Shown here: piece after piece, positions 36,723 through 50,575 of the stretch
Numbering within the stretch: position 1 is the first letter of the stretch
Layout: every line of letters begins with the position of its first letter
From: Neoechinorhynchus agilis
Lineage: Eukaryota > Animalia > Acanthocephala
NCBI GenBank assembly: GCA_051530055.1
Contig: CM121342.1
Span: 9,439,480-9,503,479, forward strand
Direction: 5' to 3'
DNA: 64,000 bases
The notes under the pieces: generated by a model
What the model was told of the DNA's origin: nothing
The model's database searches: none
Seen by the model: only the letters and a program-made list of their open reading frames with translations
Position numbers and translations under genes: made by a program

Positions 36723-37828
36723 ATGAGTTCAGTTGCTCATTTGATGAAAGGAATGGAGAGGTAAGTTTAGATATTTCGAGTTCAAGATTTAAGTAGAATT
36801 CGGGTTAAAGATTCAATCCTCAGAACATCACTCGATTCGAGAATTGTTTGTTGGAACAAGTACACAACGGCACTTATAATAGACAAAATAATTTCGCGCT
36901 TCTTAATCTATACAAATATTGGCCTCATCGATACAATCACAAAAATGTCTTACTCGTCCTACTCAAAGCACTCACTGGGCTTCCGGATCCTGATTTCATG
37001 CTGGCTAGATCCCTTGTCAAGACTCGGTCGCATGAGGATTTGCTCGAAATTCGACGGATCTACGATCTTGCCTTCCTTCTGGAAGCTTGCTCTTTTGTCG
37101 ATTTCTGGAAGGAGTACAATAAACGACATAAAAGACGTTCTTTTCTATAGTCTAACTGTATGGCTCAGTCATTTTTTGACTTCACAAAATCTAAGATGTT
37201 CTTGTATAACTGTCTTAGTATTACAAAAAACTTTTAGAGAAAGCCTCAATTTGAGACTTCACTGTTGATTTTTCTCTCTTTAATAAGTATTTAAATTAAC
37301 TTTGCTGCGCTCTAGATTAGAATTGAGTTTTTTATTTCAATCGCTGAATATTTCAAGAAATATTTAAAACGCATCCAGACTGAACTGTTAAAGTGCAATG
37401 GGGCTTTAAAAAGAACTCTTTTATGCTTTTAAATTCGTCGAAGATACCAAAATTGAACTGAACGGATTCGTTGACAACATAAGGAAATGTAAGTTGATTT
37501 TGTTCATTTTGCATTTATTTCTTTAGTTATTCTATACGTCATTGAACTAAGCCATGAGCATATAAGAGTTGATATCGTAAAAAATATGCTCAATATGAAT
37601 CTAGTTGAAACAAAAGATGTCTTATCCAATCGAGGATGGCAACTCATGGACGAGGGTGTGGTGTTCACTCGTGACCATTCGGAAGTGTGTCGACCACGAG
37701 AAACTCGGGACGACGTAAACTTAAATGGTTAGTATTTCTAGAATCGATTTGTTTTGAATTCACCAATATCTTTAGCCATTTTAACAATGACTTTAAACAT
37801 GGAGAAGATGATCGAGGAATCCGAATAA
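36723..37828 (+). CDS. EIF3K: Eukaryotic translation initiation factor 3 subunit K, 5 exons
   Basis: MKGMERFNPQNI, LLKALTGLPDPDF, LLEACSFVDFW, GFVDNIRK and a GW motif are collinear with eIF3k. Confidence 0.88.
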
Positions 37829-39253
37829 GAGGCGATTCCCCAATAAACGTTTTTGTTGTTCTCCTGAATGTTTTTTTGCGGATCTTCCATTTAACCATAA
37901 TCTAATCGTATTTTTTCATTTGATGTTTCCATCAAAGTAGTTTTGTGGCTATAACATTTTATTTAACTATCACTGAGCATTACAACTTTCAACGAATACG
38001 ATAAATCTTGAGGTCTTTAAAAAATGTTACAATTTTAATATTCTAAAGAACACTGTATTCCTGTTTGTGAAATTTTCTAGCACTTAAAAGACTGGGTTTA
38101 TCCTGCCGAATAGAGTGAACTAAATCTGATTTTACTTTTGTCGGTTATCCGGCGGTTCATTCGTTGTCGTTGCCAATACTGAAAAGGTATATCACGATGC
38201 GAATACCACTTGATACATTCTGGAAGATTGTGAAAAAATGAACATTTCGAATTTGGTTTAGAAATTAATTAGAGATCGGCGCATCGTGAAGCATGGACTT
38301 TTGGTGGTCGTAGATAGTAGGTTAGATTCCTCCGTTTTTTGGTTATCACTATAAATTTATTATTAAAAACGTCCAGATATTTGAAGAATGTGGTTTCATT
38401 CTTTCTTTTTATCCGCGTTAAAAACACGGTTTACCCCTAAAACACCTCTTGATGAATTCTAAACCTCTCTCTAAAAAAGAAGGCGGTTTTAGTTCTTAAA
38501 AGCTAAGGATTAGTCTCATTTTTATTTAGCCAAACTAAAAGTTTCACTATTAAGAAATCTTGTGAAATACTGGCCGATATTTCAGCCGCATGATTTATCA
38601 TGTTTTGCTTAGATTGAAACCTGGCGGACTGTTGTAATGGTAAAGAAAAATTCTTATTTAAGAGCTTTCGCCGTCTTACGGCTTCCTCAGGAATCCACAA
38701 TGGCGCATGGAGCTGTGAAATGTATTAAAGATGCGACATTGTCCATAATTCTCCCTTGAATTGTCTGCGGAAACACCTACAGTGCCTCATCCATAGATCC
38801 ACCGTGTCCTTGAAAACAAACCTAACTCGCGTCGAGAGTCACTATGTCACTATGGCACTCTAGGTTGTGTTTTACCCAGTGTGGCCTTGATTTTCCTTCC
38901 TGATTTAGTGCGCTGAGAACGCGTTCCGTCAAACATTAAGTGCAAAGAAACCTCAGCTCTCAAAACGAAAAAAGAAAACCTACCTTTTAAACCCGAAGTT
39001 TACAAGAAAAAAGGGAATATTGTTAGAAGGAATCAATAAATTAATCTCTATTTCTTATCTATCGGATGAAGGAATTTGTTGACACCGAGGTGGTTTTTAG
39101 AACAACGATATTCTAAGCGCCTTTTTGTTCTTTACCAAATCGAACATATTCACAGAAAATGTTCTAAAAATTCCTTTACAAGATTATGCTTTTGAAAACC
39201 ACCTCGGATTTAATAAATTCCTTTTTGCGGCTCATAAAAAGGTTTATTTAAGT

Positions 39254-42200
39254 CTCTTGTGGAAGGTTTCGAGGGAATGGAGAGCATTGGCAGAAAGGGC
39301 GAGGAAACTGGGGTAGGCGTATGTAAGGATAGGGAGGATGGCAAAGTGATAAAAGTGGGCTAGGTGTTTAGGGGATATGCCGAGACGCCGGAGGAGTTAG
39401 AGGAAGTAAATGCGAGGGTTTTTTTAGAGAGTGTAAATGAATTTCGGGCATCCCATTTAAGGTTTTCTTGTAAAATCAGGCCCAGTATTCGGAGAGAAGA
39501 GGAGCGTTGAATGGGGAGAGGGAGAGGCGCGGGGATAAGGTTGCGTTTGGAAATGTGGGGGACAAGCTCAATAGATTTAGATAAATTTAGGGAGAGGTTT
39601 AGGGTGGAGAGCGAGGAAATGAGATGGTTGAGCACGTCCATCGTTGTGGAGAGGTAGATGCGATGGTAATGACTGTGAGGCCATTAGCATAGAGAAAATA
39701 TTTGGTAGGGGGAGTGAGGAGATTAAGGTCATTTAGAAAAATGTCAAAGAGGAGAGGGGAAAGTACGGCGCCTTGGGGGACTCCTTTAAATATGGGCAGA
39801 GAAGAGGAACAATAAGTTCCACATTGGATATATTGTTCGCGGTTGGAGAGGAAAGAGAAAATCCAAGCGAGTTGCCAGGTTGGGAGGCCAAAGGAAGCAC
39901 ATGATTGGAGGAGAAGGGAGTGATCTACCGACTCGAACGTAATGGAAATATCCAGTTGCACGAGACGGACGGTTGATGCTTTACTGGAATCTAAGCTGCG
40001 CACAAGCGTATCGTAAATGCAGAGGAGGGCATCAGAACAAGAGTAATTGGGACAGAAAGCGAATTGGGAAGGGGAGATGTTTCTACATTTTTCTAAGATT
40101 TTAAAGAAAAGAGAGAGGATAGAGATGGGACGAAAGGATGTGGGGGAAATCCGTTTATTGTTTTTGGGTAGGGGGACGACACGGGCTTCCTTAAGACACG
40201 ATGGGAAATAGCCCAATAGAAAGCTAAGGTTCGTTATGTGCGTTAGAGGATCGATAAGTTCCGGGATGATGAAACGAATGGCCCAATTTGGGATAGTCTA
40301 ATTAGGGAAGAATGGCGGGGTAGGCGTTTAAGGATCTCTAGGATTTCGAGAGGGGAAACTAAGGAAGGGCATGTATGAATGGGCGGGCCAGATAGTGAGA
40401 AGGGAGGTTGGGACAATGGAGAGGAGGTTTGGGGAGGACAGAGTTTTTTATTCATGGAGTTAAGGATTGAGAGGAGATCAGATTTGGGGAGAGATGCGAA
40501 AGGGGTGGATCTACCAAGACCAGTGACATTTTTTATTTCACGCCACCAGTTTCGATTGGGAACGGACGAGAGACGAGATGAGAAGAATAATTTGCGGGCT
40601 ATACGGATGCGTTTTGTCAGTGTGGAGTAGAGGGAGGGGTAAGCAGGATTACCTGACGAGAAAGCTATGGTGACCTGGATTTGAAATGTTTTTAGAAAAG
40701 GCGAGAACCATGGAGGGTCGCGGTTCGAGATTCGTATTGTTTTGCGAGGAAAGGAGGCCTTCGTCGCAGATTCTATTAGATTTAACAAAGAGCCCATTAC
40801 AATCGAGGTGTCGGTGCCAAAGATGCTAGAGCGGTTTTGCGTGATAAGAGAATTGACACATACAGCAAAGGATTGGGAATGGTGATCACGTTTATCCCAG
40901 AAAACGTAGGGGTCGGAAAGGGATCGTTTTTGAGGCGATGAAAGGGAGAGAAGGATGGAAAAATGGTCAGACGAGGCGATCGGGGAAGTTTGGTGGTGCA
41001 CGAATATTGCCTGATGTTTGAGAAAATTTTATCAAGGCGGGAGGAGAAGCGTGTAGGGAAAGTAACGAGTTGGGAGAGATGAGAGAGCGAGGGCGGGATC
41101 GGCAGTTTGTTAAAATCGCCCAATATGATGAAGTGATCTGAGGAAGTGGAAAGTAGGTCAGTAAATAGGTGGTCTATTTGTTGAAGTGTGTTGGGGATGT
41201 TTGAGGAAGGAGGGCGATAAAGGCCAGCGATAGAGATCTCACGTTGGCCATTGTGGAGGGGAGATGAAGTTGGATGTGAAGCAATTCAATATCGTCGGAG
41301 ATGAAAAGGTAGGGTGAAGAGCAATGGGAAGGGAGAGAGGCACGGATGAAGATCGATATGCCTCCCCCGTTTCGAAAGTCCCTTGTTAGGTAAAAAGCTT
41401 GAAAGTTTGGAAGGAAGGTAGATAATTTGCTATGGGGTGAGATCCATGTTTCCGAAATTACAAGGATATCGGCGTTGCAACAAGAGCCAACTATATGGAG
41501 CTCATCCAGTTTGAGGAAGAGGCTACGGATGTTAGAATAAAATATTATTGGAAGGGATGTTTAGAAGGGACATGAGGTGTGGACACTGACGGAGAGGGTT
41601 GAAGCTTCGTAGGGAGAGAAGGGATGGGAGTTGACCGATGGGGTAGTTCGGGGGTAATGGATTCGTGGGTGGACACTGTATTACGGGGTGATTTGATCCA
41701 GATTTAGTAGGGTGCGGAATAGTGGTTTTAGGTAGATGAGTGGTGTCAAGGATGAGAGGGGTTTAGGAGGAGATAATTTACGAGGCGAAGGATGCTTAAC
41801 GTAGTCGTTGAAGGATGGTTGGGGTGTGTGCTTTTCACTAGAAAATCGGGGTACGGGAGAGAAGGTGGATGGTTTTGATGGGGCTGACGTTGAAACGTAA
41901 TCGTAGAAGGATGGGAGGGGTTTATGGTTTTCTCTAGCAGTACGGGGTGCTAGAGAGGAGCTGAAGGATTTAGATGAGGTTGAGGAGGAAGGGGGTTCGG
42001 TTTTAATGGTGGAGCAGAGTGAGACTTAGAGTGCAGGGACGAGGTAAAGGGGGTATGAGAGATGATAGGAACGGAATTAGGGAGGGGAGAAGATTGTTGA
42101 AGAAAAGTCGAATTAGAGTGTGGAGAGGAGTCTTGGTGGGCGTCTACAGCAAAGGGTGGGTGGGCAGTGTTTAAAGGGTGAAGCGAGGGAGAAGAAAAGG

Positions 42201-42771
42201 TTTGGGGTGGGGAAACTGAAGATCTAAGGGTAAGGGGTTTAGGGTTTTGGGAGTGGTTAGTGTTTGAGTACTTATTGGGATGGGGGGAAACCGGAGAACA
42301 CGGTTTGAGCAAGGCGGCGCAGTACAGAAACCGCAAATAAATTTCCGGCCTGCTGCCCAAGAAGTTGAGACGAATATTTGGTTGTAACCGGACAATCGTC
42401 CATGTCACAGAAAATGAGCTTGGTGGTTGGGCGCTTTGGCCTCTGCATTTTTTGCAAGTGTTTATGACGTTAGATCGTGCGACGACGTTGATCGTGTGAC
42501 GGCGGTGATGCTCACCGATTTGATTGCAATTGTTTGCGACGTTAGATCTTGTGACGGCGTTGATCGTCTGACAAAGAAAGTATTCGATGATGTGTGACAA
42601 CGAAAGTGAGAACGTTAACGACTGACGAGACAGAACGTTGACGATTGACGAGCGAGAACGTTGAACGTTGACGATTGACGAGAGAGACAACGTTGAACGT
42701 TGACGATCGACGAGAGAGAGAACGTTGACCTGAGAACGCTGACCTGAGAACGCGTTCCGTCAAACATTAAG
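39254..42771 (-). mobile_element. CR1/L2-type LINE, copy A (PHD-like ORF1, APE endonuclease, RT), frameshifted and 3'-truncated
   Basis: GDFN, TFPTRFSSRLDKIFSN, SDH, FRPISILS, QFAF, GVPQGAVLSPLLF; YADD replaced by YANG; 5' TCGTCAA-type tandem repeats. Confidence 0.9.
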
Positions 42772-42774
42772 AGA

Positions 42775-43692
42775 CAATGCCCACGAAATTAATTCAAATA
42801 TCCAACTGTGACAATCACGGATAACATTCAATAACCGCTCCCTTTCCTCAAGCCTCTCCCTTTTACTTAACCTCTAAACAAATCATCCAAAACAAAGATT
42901 TCTGCACCAACCACAAACTCCATCTCAATTTCTCTAAATGCTCCGAAATGATCTCATCTCTCTACCGCAACTCCACAACATCTCCTGAGCTTCTAAATGA
43001 CATTCTACGAGTCACCTCCATGAGAATTCTGGGTATCCAATTTCAATCAAATTTGAAATGGAACTCGCACATCACTCTCTCCTTCAAGCACAAGATTTTT
43101 AAAATTTATCTCCTCAAACGCCTGCGACATTTAGGAATCCCTTCACCCGACCTCTACAAATTTTACTTCTGCTTAATCTTTCCATCCCTCAACTACGATT
43201 ACCCCGTATTTTGCAACCTTTCCAAATCTCTAATCCGTGGCCTAGAAACGTTTCATGGAAACGTCTCTAAAATTTGCGCAACTTACTTTCCCCCTCTCAC
43301 TGAATGCTTTCAAAAAATTATCATAAACCGAACAAAACGCCTCTCAGCACTTACTCGTAATCCTAATTCGTTTCATCCTCCTATACCTCGCACCTCCCTA
43401 CACCTACGCTCCTTTTTCCATGCTTTCCAATCTACTTAGATATCAGAACTTGAAATGAACCGGAGGAAAAACCAACCTCATAAGAGCTCCTGCAAGCAAT
43501 AACCACCAATTCCCATATTCTCAAACGAACGGACACATTCCCATCCAAACCGACATCCTTCGACTGGATTTTCCCATCCTAACGGATACGCTTTTTTTGA
43601 AAAACTCTGCACACGAGTACTTATTACGACCCAAAGATACATGGCCCTCCTATTCTTTGTATATTTTTTTAACAATAAACGTGTTATTATTA
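42775..43692 (+). mobile_element. LINE 3' fragment with AATAAA and (TAT)n tail
   Basis: MRILGIQFQSNLKWNSHI..IYLLKRLR..LYKFY..LNYDYPVF is the LINE RT C-terminal pattern. Confidence 0.85.
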
Positions 43693-43731
43693 GCATCTAA
43701 GACCCATCGCAATAACTTTCCTGACTTTCCT

Positions 43732-43863
43732 CGTGATTTTCAACGAATGGTGAATGCCGGTGTCTTTAAAAGTGTCCGACCTAAATGGGAAAAGAGAAAA
43801 GAACCAAAGTTTTTGGCTGATTATAGACCGGAAGTCGAAAAGGTCATCGGTGATCTGAAATAG
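43732..43863 (+). pseudogene. COX6C: COX6C 3'-half duplicate
   Basis: RDFQRMVNAGVFKSVRPKWEKRKEPKFLADYRPEVEKVIGDLK is identical to the parent; the 5' half is absent. Confidence 0.85.
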
Positions 43864-44923
43864 ATTATTTGGGGAAAAATTGATAACCGGCTTCTTACGA
43901 TTGAGCAATGGGGCAAACACTTCTAATTGCTCAGAGTTCAACCACTCTAAAGTGCTCACCAATAAGTAAGTAGAACAGATTATTTTCATCTTTCATGAAA
44001 GGACTCGCCCAAAAACGAAGATTTTACCTTTTAATTCCGCATCAATACTGTAATCGATTTTACCGTGCATTGAACGATGAACAATGATTTTGACTTTCAT
44101 ACCACCCCACGCATTTTTTGTATTCGGATATATTCACCCTTCAAAGATCAATGACTGAAATTTTTAACATTTATGCAATTTCATACTTATATGACCACAA
44201 CGACATGTTGAATTTTTAAATTGAATATTGTGCTCCAAAAGCCGGCATAATCATCTTAACAGAAACAGCAATTCAGCCATCCTTTTCGGGTACTCTTCCT
44301 TCTATACGGACCGCGAGGAGCGTCGAGGAAGATGGTCTCAATTTTCGTACTTCAATCACTACCCCACTCTTCTTCTCTGTTAGATTTTCTCTTCAAAACC
44401 CCAATCTAGAATTCATCGCGTCTCAGCTCCTCTATGAAATGGCCTCAGAGAATTCACCATCGCTGGCGCCGGTCGCCCTCCTGCCTCTCGTCCTGAGTCC
44501 GCTTTGTGCCAACTCGATTCGATGATCGTGGAGCTCATAAACTCCACATATTCTCACCATTTCTTAACTGCAGGGGACTTCAATAATCTATTTCCTCTTC
44601 TACTCTTCTCCGAGTTGCGTCAACTAATTGACTTCCCAGCTCTTTACCAATATCGTCGCTTACTCATCCGCTTCTAAACTATCTTCCCGCCCCCACGAAC
44701 TCTGACCACTTTGTACCCTTATCATTCCCTCCAAGCCACCTCAGCATCAGAAATTACTTCGCTTACCCGTCAGGGATAAACGCGATCGTAACATTCAGAA
44801 TTTTATCAAATGGTTTAAATCTGTGATATTCAGGGTCTCCAATTTCAATCAAATCGGAAATGGGACTCGCACATTTCACTTTCCTTCAAACGCAATACCT
44901 ATAAAATTTATCTCTTCGAACGC
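43732..44923 (+). repeat. Inverted segmental duplicate of 35224-36416
   Basis: Near-identical reverse complement along its whole length, including LINE sequence and the COX6C 3' half. Confidence 0.92.
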
Positions 44924-44924
44924 A

Positions 44925-45720
44925 AGAGTCCCTGCTTCCAGCATCATCTACTAGTTCCTTTAAAGAATCGACCAAAAGATTTGCTGAAGTAGGGTATGTG
45001 GCTCCCCTATTGACCAATTCATTGATCGGTTTAGAGTGGATGTTTTTATCGAACTGCCAATATTTAAAAGCTTCCGGGCATCCTTTACTTTATGCATCAT
45101 TCCCTCCCTTGCAATGAGCACATTTGGGTTTTCGGAGATGCACTTCTTCTTATCATGTGGTCCATCACATTTTATACACTTTTTTTCATTTTTGATTTGG
45201 TACTCTCGGTGTCCCCAAACGCAGTATTTCTGGCATTGCGTCAAAATGTAGTCAAAAATGGAATCATCTTTAGGGAAAGAGAATTTAATTAGATATCCAA
45301 GGGAACCCATTTCTCTACGTTTTAAAATATTAATTTTTTTGTGTGCCCGTCACCAACAGAGCGTAGGGCTCTCTATTTTCTTTATAGCTCAAATACTTTA
45401 TCGGCGAAAAACCAAATTTCTTTTTGAAATCGTCTACCATCAAAGATGATCTTCCTGATAAATCTATGTACGGTATCTTTTTATATTCCAATAACTTTTC
45501 AAATAGTTCTTTACCATCCGCATCTACAAAAAAGAACAATCCATGCCATTTAGTTGCAAAACTTTTTTTAATTTGGAAAGAAAGTTGTCATTTAACTTTT
45601 TAGGTTTTATCATCTCCCTGTAGTATTCCCTTTCCAAATCTGCCACTGTAAACGAACCCAAGTCCCCTTTTTTAATTTTAGTCAAGAAATCTTCCTTTCT
45701 AATAGGGAGTTTTTGATATA
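44925..45720 (-). mobile_element. Decayed LINE ORF1 (gag-like, CCHC knuckles) fragment
   Basis: QCQKYCVWGH..KKCIKCDGPH..C across frameshifted ORFs. Confidence 0.6.
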
Positions 45721-45729
45721 GCAATTTTG

Positions 45730-46343
45730 ATGGGTGGGGGACCTCAATCCATTATTTGAACAAACCACCTCATTATTGTTTCTCAAAACCTTTTCCTGGC
45801 GGAAGACCAGCAATCCATTATTTTCTATAACCGCCATATTTCCTTCAAAGTCAACATCCATTTTCTCATTCACGATTATCCCGTCTTTTGCAACCTTTCC
45901 CAATCACATTCATGGAAGCGTCTCTAAAATTTGCAAATTTAATTTTCCCCCGCTCATCAAATGCTTTCATAAAATTTTCATGAAAAAAACAAAACGCCTC
46001 TCAACCCTACCACCACATTTTTTACTACATTTTATTCCCATTTTCACACGAGCACACCACTCGTAATCCTAATTCGTTTCATCGGCCACGCACCTCCCCA
46101 TACCTCCGCTCCTTTTTCCATGCTGTCCAATCTTCTCGGATATTATAAACCGAAATGAACCTGAAGAAGGACCCAACCTCACAACCTTTCCTATAAATCA
46201 TCAACATTCCCACCCAACCGAACCTGTAATCCACTCCATAATAAACAACCTCATTCATTTAACAAATCAGAAAACTCTCGTGTTTATGAGGACCCAAAGG
46301 TACATGAGTCCTATTCTTTGTTAATTAACGAATGAACTTGTTA
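45730..46343 (+). mobile_element. LINE 3' fragment
   Basis: 45909-46343 is the reverse complement of 34657-35091. Confidence 0.8.
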
Positions 46344-48311
46344 CTATTTTAAACCAAGATAGACGAGCCAATAACTTTTCTCTATTATCCTTCGTTTTTC
46401 TCATTGTCTAAGAATCCTCCGCAATTCCATTAGCACCCGTATTCGAGTATCGAATACAACAAAACACTTCTAAATTTCGAATATTGGTTTACTTAATTAT
46501 GCCAAGAAGTTTCTCTCGCTGACTCCACATACTTTATGAGAATCGCTACGCCTCTTGCGTTAAACTACTTCCTGTTCAGACTACTAATGGTTTGAATTCA
46601 TTACGAATTATTGATATATTTGCCATTAAGTATTGCTTTCTTGATATCCCTCAAAATATCTGTATTTGAAAAACATACTGAGGTCATTTTTACTTGCAGA
46701 TATCCACTAGCCGACATTATTAAAGTTCCCAATCTTTCAGAAAAGAATTAGCACGGCAAAAACCGATGTCATTTTATTCGTTCTTTAATGGGTCCTCCCT
46801 TGAAATGGGTTGTCAAATGTTACTTTCATCATTTCTGAGATACTAGATGTTTCATCATAATGAGCAAAAATGCTTATAAACTTTGTAGCGTTGAGGTACC
46901 AAAGAAGTTAGAAAACATTGTTAAATTACTGGATCTATTTGGAAACCTAAACTTCGTACTGCAAATTTATTTTCAGGCTGGTTCCCATAAAAAGCGCCAC
47001 TGGCACCATTCTGTTGATAATACGGTCATGATTAATTGGTTTAGTAGAGTACACTTGGAAATACTGGTTTGATATTAAATAGCTTGCTACCGGTTATTTA
47101 ACTATAGGTTTTGAATCGTTCTTTCAACTGGAATAATTTTAACTTTAGATCTACTCTAATGCTTTTGTCAGTGCTTTTCGGATTTTACGGTATCATGCGT
47201 AAAGAAATTCGCTTTACTTTTTCGACAATAAGCTTTTATTTGACTGAAATGTTGATTTTCTCGGTTTCTCGGAGACTTTGTGTCGAACCAGAATAGAACT
47301 TAAACCTTTCATCTTAATATAGCCAGTTCCATAGTACTAAAAACTTGGGTGCGAAACAAAATTTCCATTAGTACCCTGCCTTAAGGAATTTCTGGCGCAA
47401 CGTTTTAAAACCCTATGCCGTAGAGAGTTCTCATTGTAGCTTCCAGCAAAATAAATAATCATGTAAATATTGCCCACAGAGAGTCGACACGATACTTATA
47501 AAAAAAATTATTGGCGCAATGTTACACAATCATTCGATTCAAACTTTAAAGCGCAAATTTCCTCACTAGTAAGCATTTTCCAAATCTTATCGATGGTATA
47601 ATTTACCTTTTTTACTTACTAATGGGTTTGAAAACTAAAGGCATTCGAATGTATGCGGCGTTGTTTAGTCAACTATTTCAGTATATACCTACCACAGTTT
47701 TCGGTTTAAGATAACCGATAGACAAAATGGAGGTAGTATTCAGTTCGTGTCTTGATATCATTCCACAAACAAGAGTTCGTTTAAGCAGCATATCAAATGT
47801 CAAATCATAAATGTGGGTACCAGCGATCTTTAGAAAAGAATATTGATGGATACCGCTATTGGGTTTTTTGCCGATACAAAGTAGTTGCATGAACTCAAGT
47901 CTCGTAATTTCGCACAAAAAGTTTTTTTATTTATTTTTACACATTCTAAGTAGCTTAATGTTAGATTAACAGGTAGATCGAACTTCTTTTTTTGTCAAGA
48001 AGTAATAATTGATTTAATTGAGTTGTGTAGCGGATAATTGAAGTTAGCTTGGATACTTTTTCGAAATTCTATAATCCATAATCTTAGCAATATTGTAAAG
48101 ATACGAAGCTAAATGTTTAAAAATACTGCTGTGAAATTACAAATGTGTAGCTAATCTTATTCGGTGAAAAGTAGTGATTGCTGGTGGGAAAGTTTTAAAA
48201 TGAATTTTATTTTAAAAACGAATTTCCTTCAACAGTCAATAAACTGAACGTTGTAGGCGATCAAACAAAAAACTGTTGCATTTTTTGACCACTGGAGACT
48301 TGACATCTTCA

Positions 48312-49347
48312 ATGGCGATGTTGAACTGTACTGATGGACTCAGTCGAACACTCATAGCAACAGCAATGTACTCTAGAGTTATAATCCAACCAATGTTTAT
48401 GGTTATTGGCTTATTTGGAAACATCCTTTTATTTAAGACTATGCGTTCCTTTTTGTATAATCGCACCTCATTTTCAATCTACTTCATGTCAGTCGCTATG
48501 ATCGATATATTAGTGATTTTCGGTGCTTTTGTAACTTGGCTGGATGCTACCAAACTCGTTAACACGTACGAATTAACCGATTGCTCCTTGCCACTCTTTG
48601 TGATCTTCACAACTTCAACTCAATCGAACTGGCTTCTATTGGCTGCAAATTTAGATCGATTGCTCTCCATAATAAAAGCGAACATGTGTCGCAAATTGTT
48701 AAAAAAGACAACTGCAAAGCTCATTTGCGCTCTCATTATCCTTATTCCAGCTGCTGTGATGTTCCAATTGCCCTTTATTATACATTAAATCTTGACTCAG
48801 CCAAATGGATTGTGATCTTTCCTTTCGCTGACTCGTGTATTACAGTAATAATACTTTTGAAATAGTTGGAGCACCATGTGTCCTTGAGAAATCAGCAAGG
48901 ACGTGGGGGAAAATTGGATTTCCGATTTTATACAACGGACTCTGCGTAGGAATACCCGTACTCGGGATACTTTTATCAAGCATTTATCTCTACCACACGG
49001 TGGATTCTGTGAAAAGGAAGATTGGACATCAAATGTCGAAAGGAACAAAACGCTCAATACAAAACCTTATTCTGGTATCATTCTTCTATTTAGGAGCAAC
49101 AACACCTTTTGCTTTACTTCAATTGATTACTCCTTTCATAATCAAAAACAAAAGTAGCTGCCACTTGCAAGCCGCGTGGTTTTTTGTAAATAAAATGGCA
49201 CTTCATTTGACTTTTGCTGCATACTGTCTAAAGTTCTATATCCTATTGTTTCAAGTAAAGAAGATCAGAGTCAATATGAAGTACATTCTCCGTGGAACAA
49301 AAGGATCTTTTATGGATTCCGAAGGAAACACAACAACCAACAAATGA
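48312..49347 (+). CDS. Class A (rhodopsin-family) peptide-receptor-like GPCR, paralog 1, two exons
   Basis: Seven hydrophobic segments; GLFGN, FSIYFMSVAMID, WLLLAANLDR, GIP, TTPF and YCLKFY motifs. Confidence 0.85.
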
Positions 49348-50575
49348 GTTTTACTTTAAACCCCTTTAAAAATAAACGAATCTGGGTACAAGCGTAGTTA
49401 ATTATTCTCCAAATAGCGAAACGGATTTAATAACATACCAAAGTCACGCTGAAAAACGGTTTGCTTTTGACAGTCATTAGATACGAAGACGAAAGCTGTC
49501 TATTTTAATCAATTTATGATCCATTCATCGGCCGACTTGAGTGTGATTACTGGGTTCAATCCAACTGATGGCTGCTTGTAACCGTTCAAGACATATTCAA
49601 AGTAAGTGGTTTGGGATGTCCAAAAGGTACCCTGAGCCTTTTGTTACTGCTCGTTTAATTTCCTCTTGATCTTATTAGTTTAAAAGAGTTTCACTCGGTT
49701 GTAAATGAGGGCCATCCATGTTAGTGTATGTGATACGCTTTAATTTATATTCCGAAAAAATGTAAGTGCACCAAATACAATTAATTGGATCGATATTCTG
49801 TTTAGAATAACTCAATAAGATCTTAAAGGGTATATCATCGGCTAAATAATAGTTACGTATTCGAATGTTTCATTTTTAAGCATAAACATGCAACGTTTAC
49901 CTCCCGGAAAATTTATATCCCCTGCGTAATTTGTCACCTTCTTTAAAATTAATGTTGCGATCTGTTCGGTGCTGAGTATATATTTTTCTGGAAAAGTAAA
50001 ATTTGCAGCATTTTTCAATGAAGATCATTGGCAGCATACCAATACAATAGATGATTTGATATTAATGTTAATGCACTTACTTTAAGCTAAAAAATTATGA
50101 GTTCTTAAAAATTTAATTTTGACAAATATACATGTTTTGTTTTTTAATATTACCACAAATCCTTTTAACTTTTTAACGTTCTTTATATAAAGAATACTTT
50201 AAAGCCACTTTGGACAATGTAACATAGCTTAAATCAGGGAATTTTATTCGAGAAATCAAGTGATTTATCTTAAGCAAAGTCGCTTTTCGTGAGATAAACT
50301 GGGATAATATCTGAAAAAAACGTGTTGCTTCCCTTTTTTCGAGTTCATAAAAGCTTCTGACAAATATTTGTTTAAGAAGCACACTAAGAATCTAAATGAA
50401 AACAAACTTACAAAGAGCATTATTGCGACTTTAAATCTTTCAGGGATGACTATAAGTTAATACAACTCACATATCAAATCATCACATAATTCTACTTGCA
50501 TATGATTGCAAAAAGGCACTTTGCGCCCATTTTGCTCCGTGTCATTGTCTTTTAGCTGTTTAAACACCGAGAAAA

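Noticed and set aside
46400-47920. Coding-like short blocks on the minus strand
   Set aside because: No recognisable homology, and no consistent exon chain could be built by hand.
49400-49720. Coding-like block between the GPCRs (AQGTFWTSQTTYFEYVLNG..., minus strand)
   Set aside because: Short, with no start context or homology recognised; cannot be supported without expression data.
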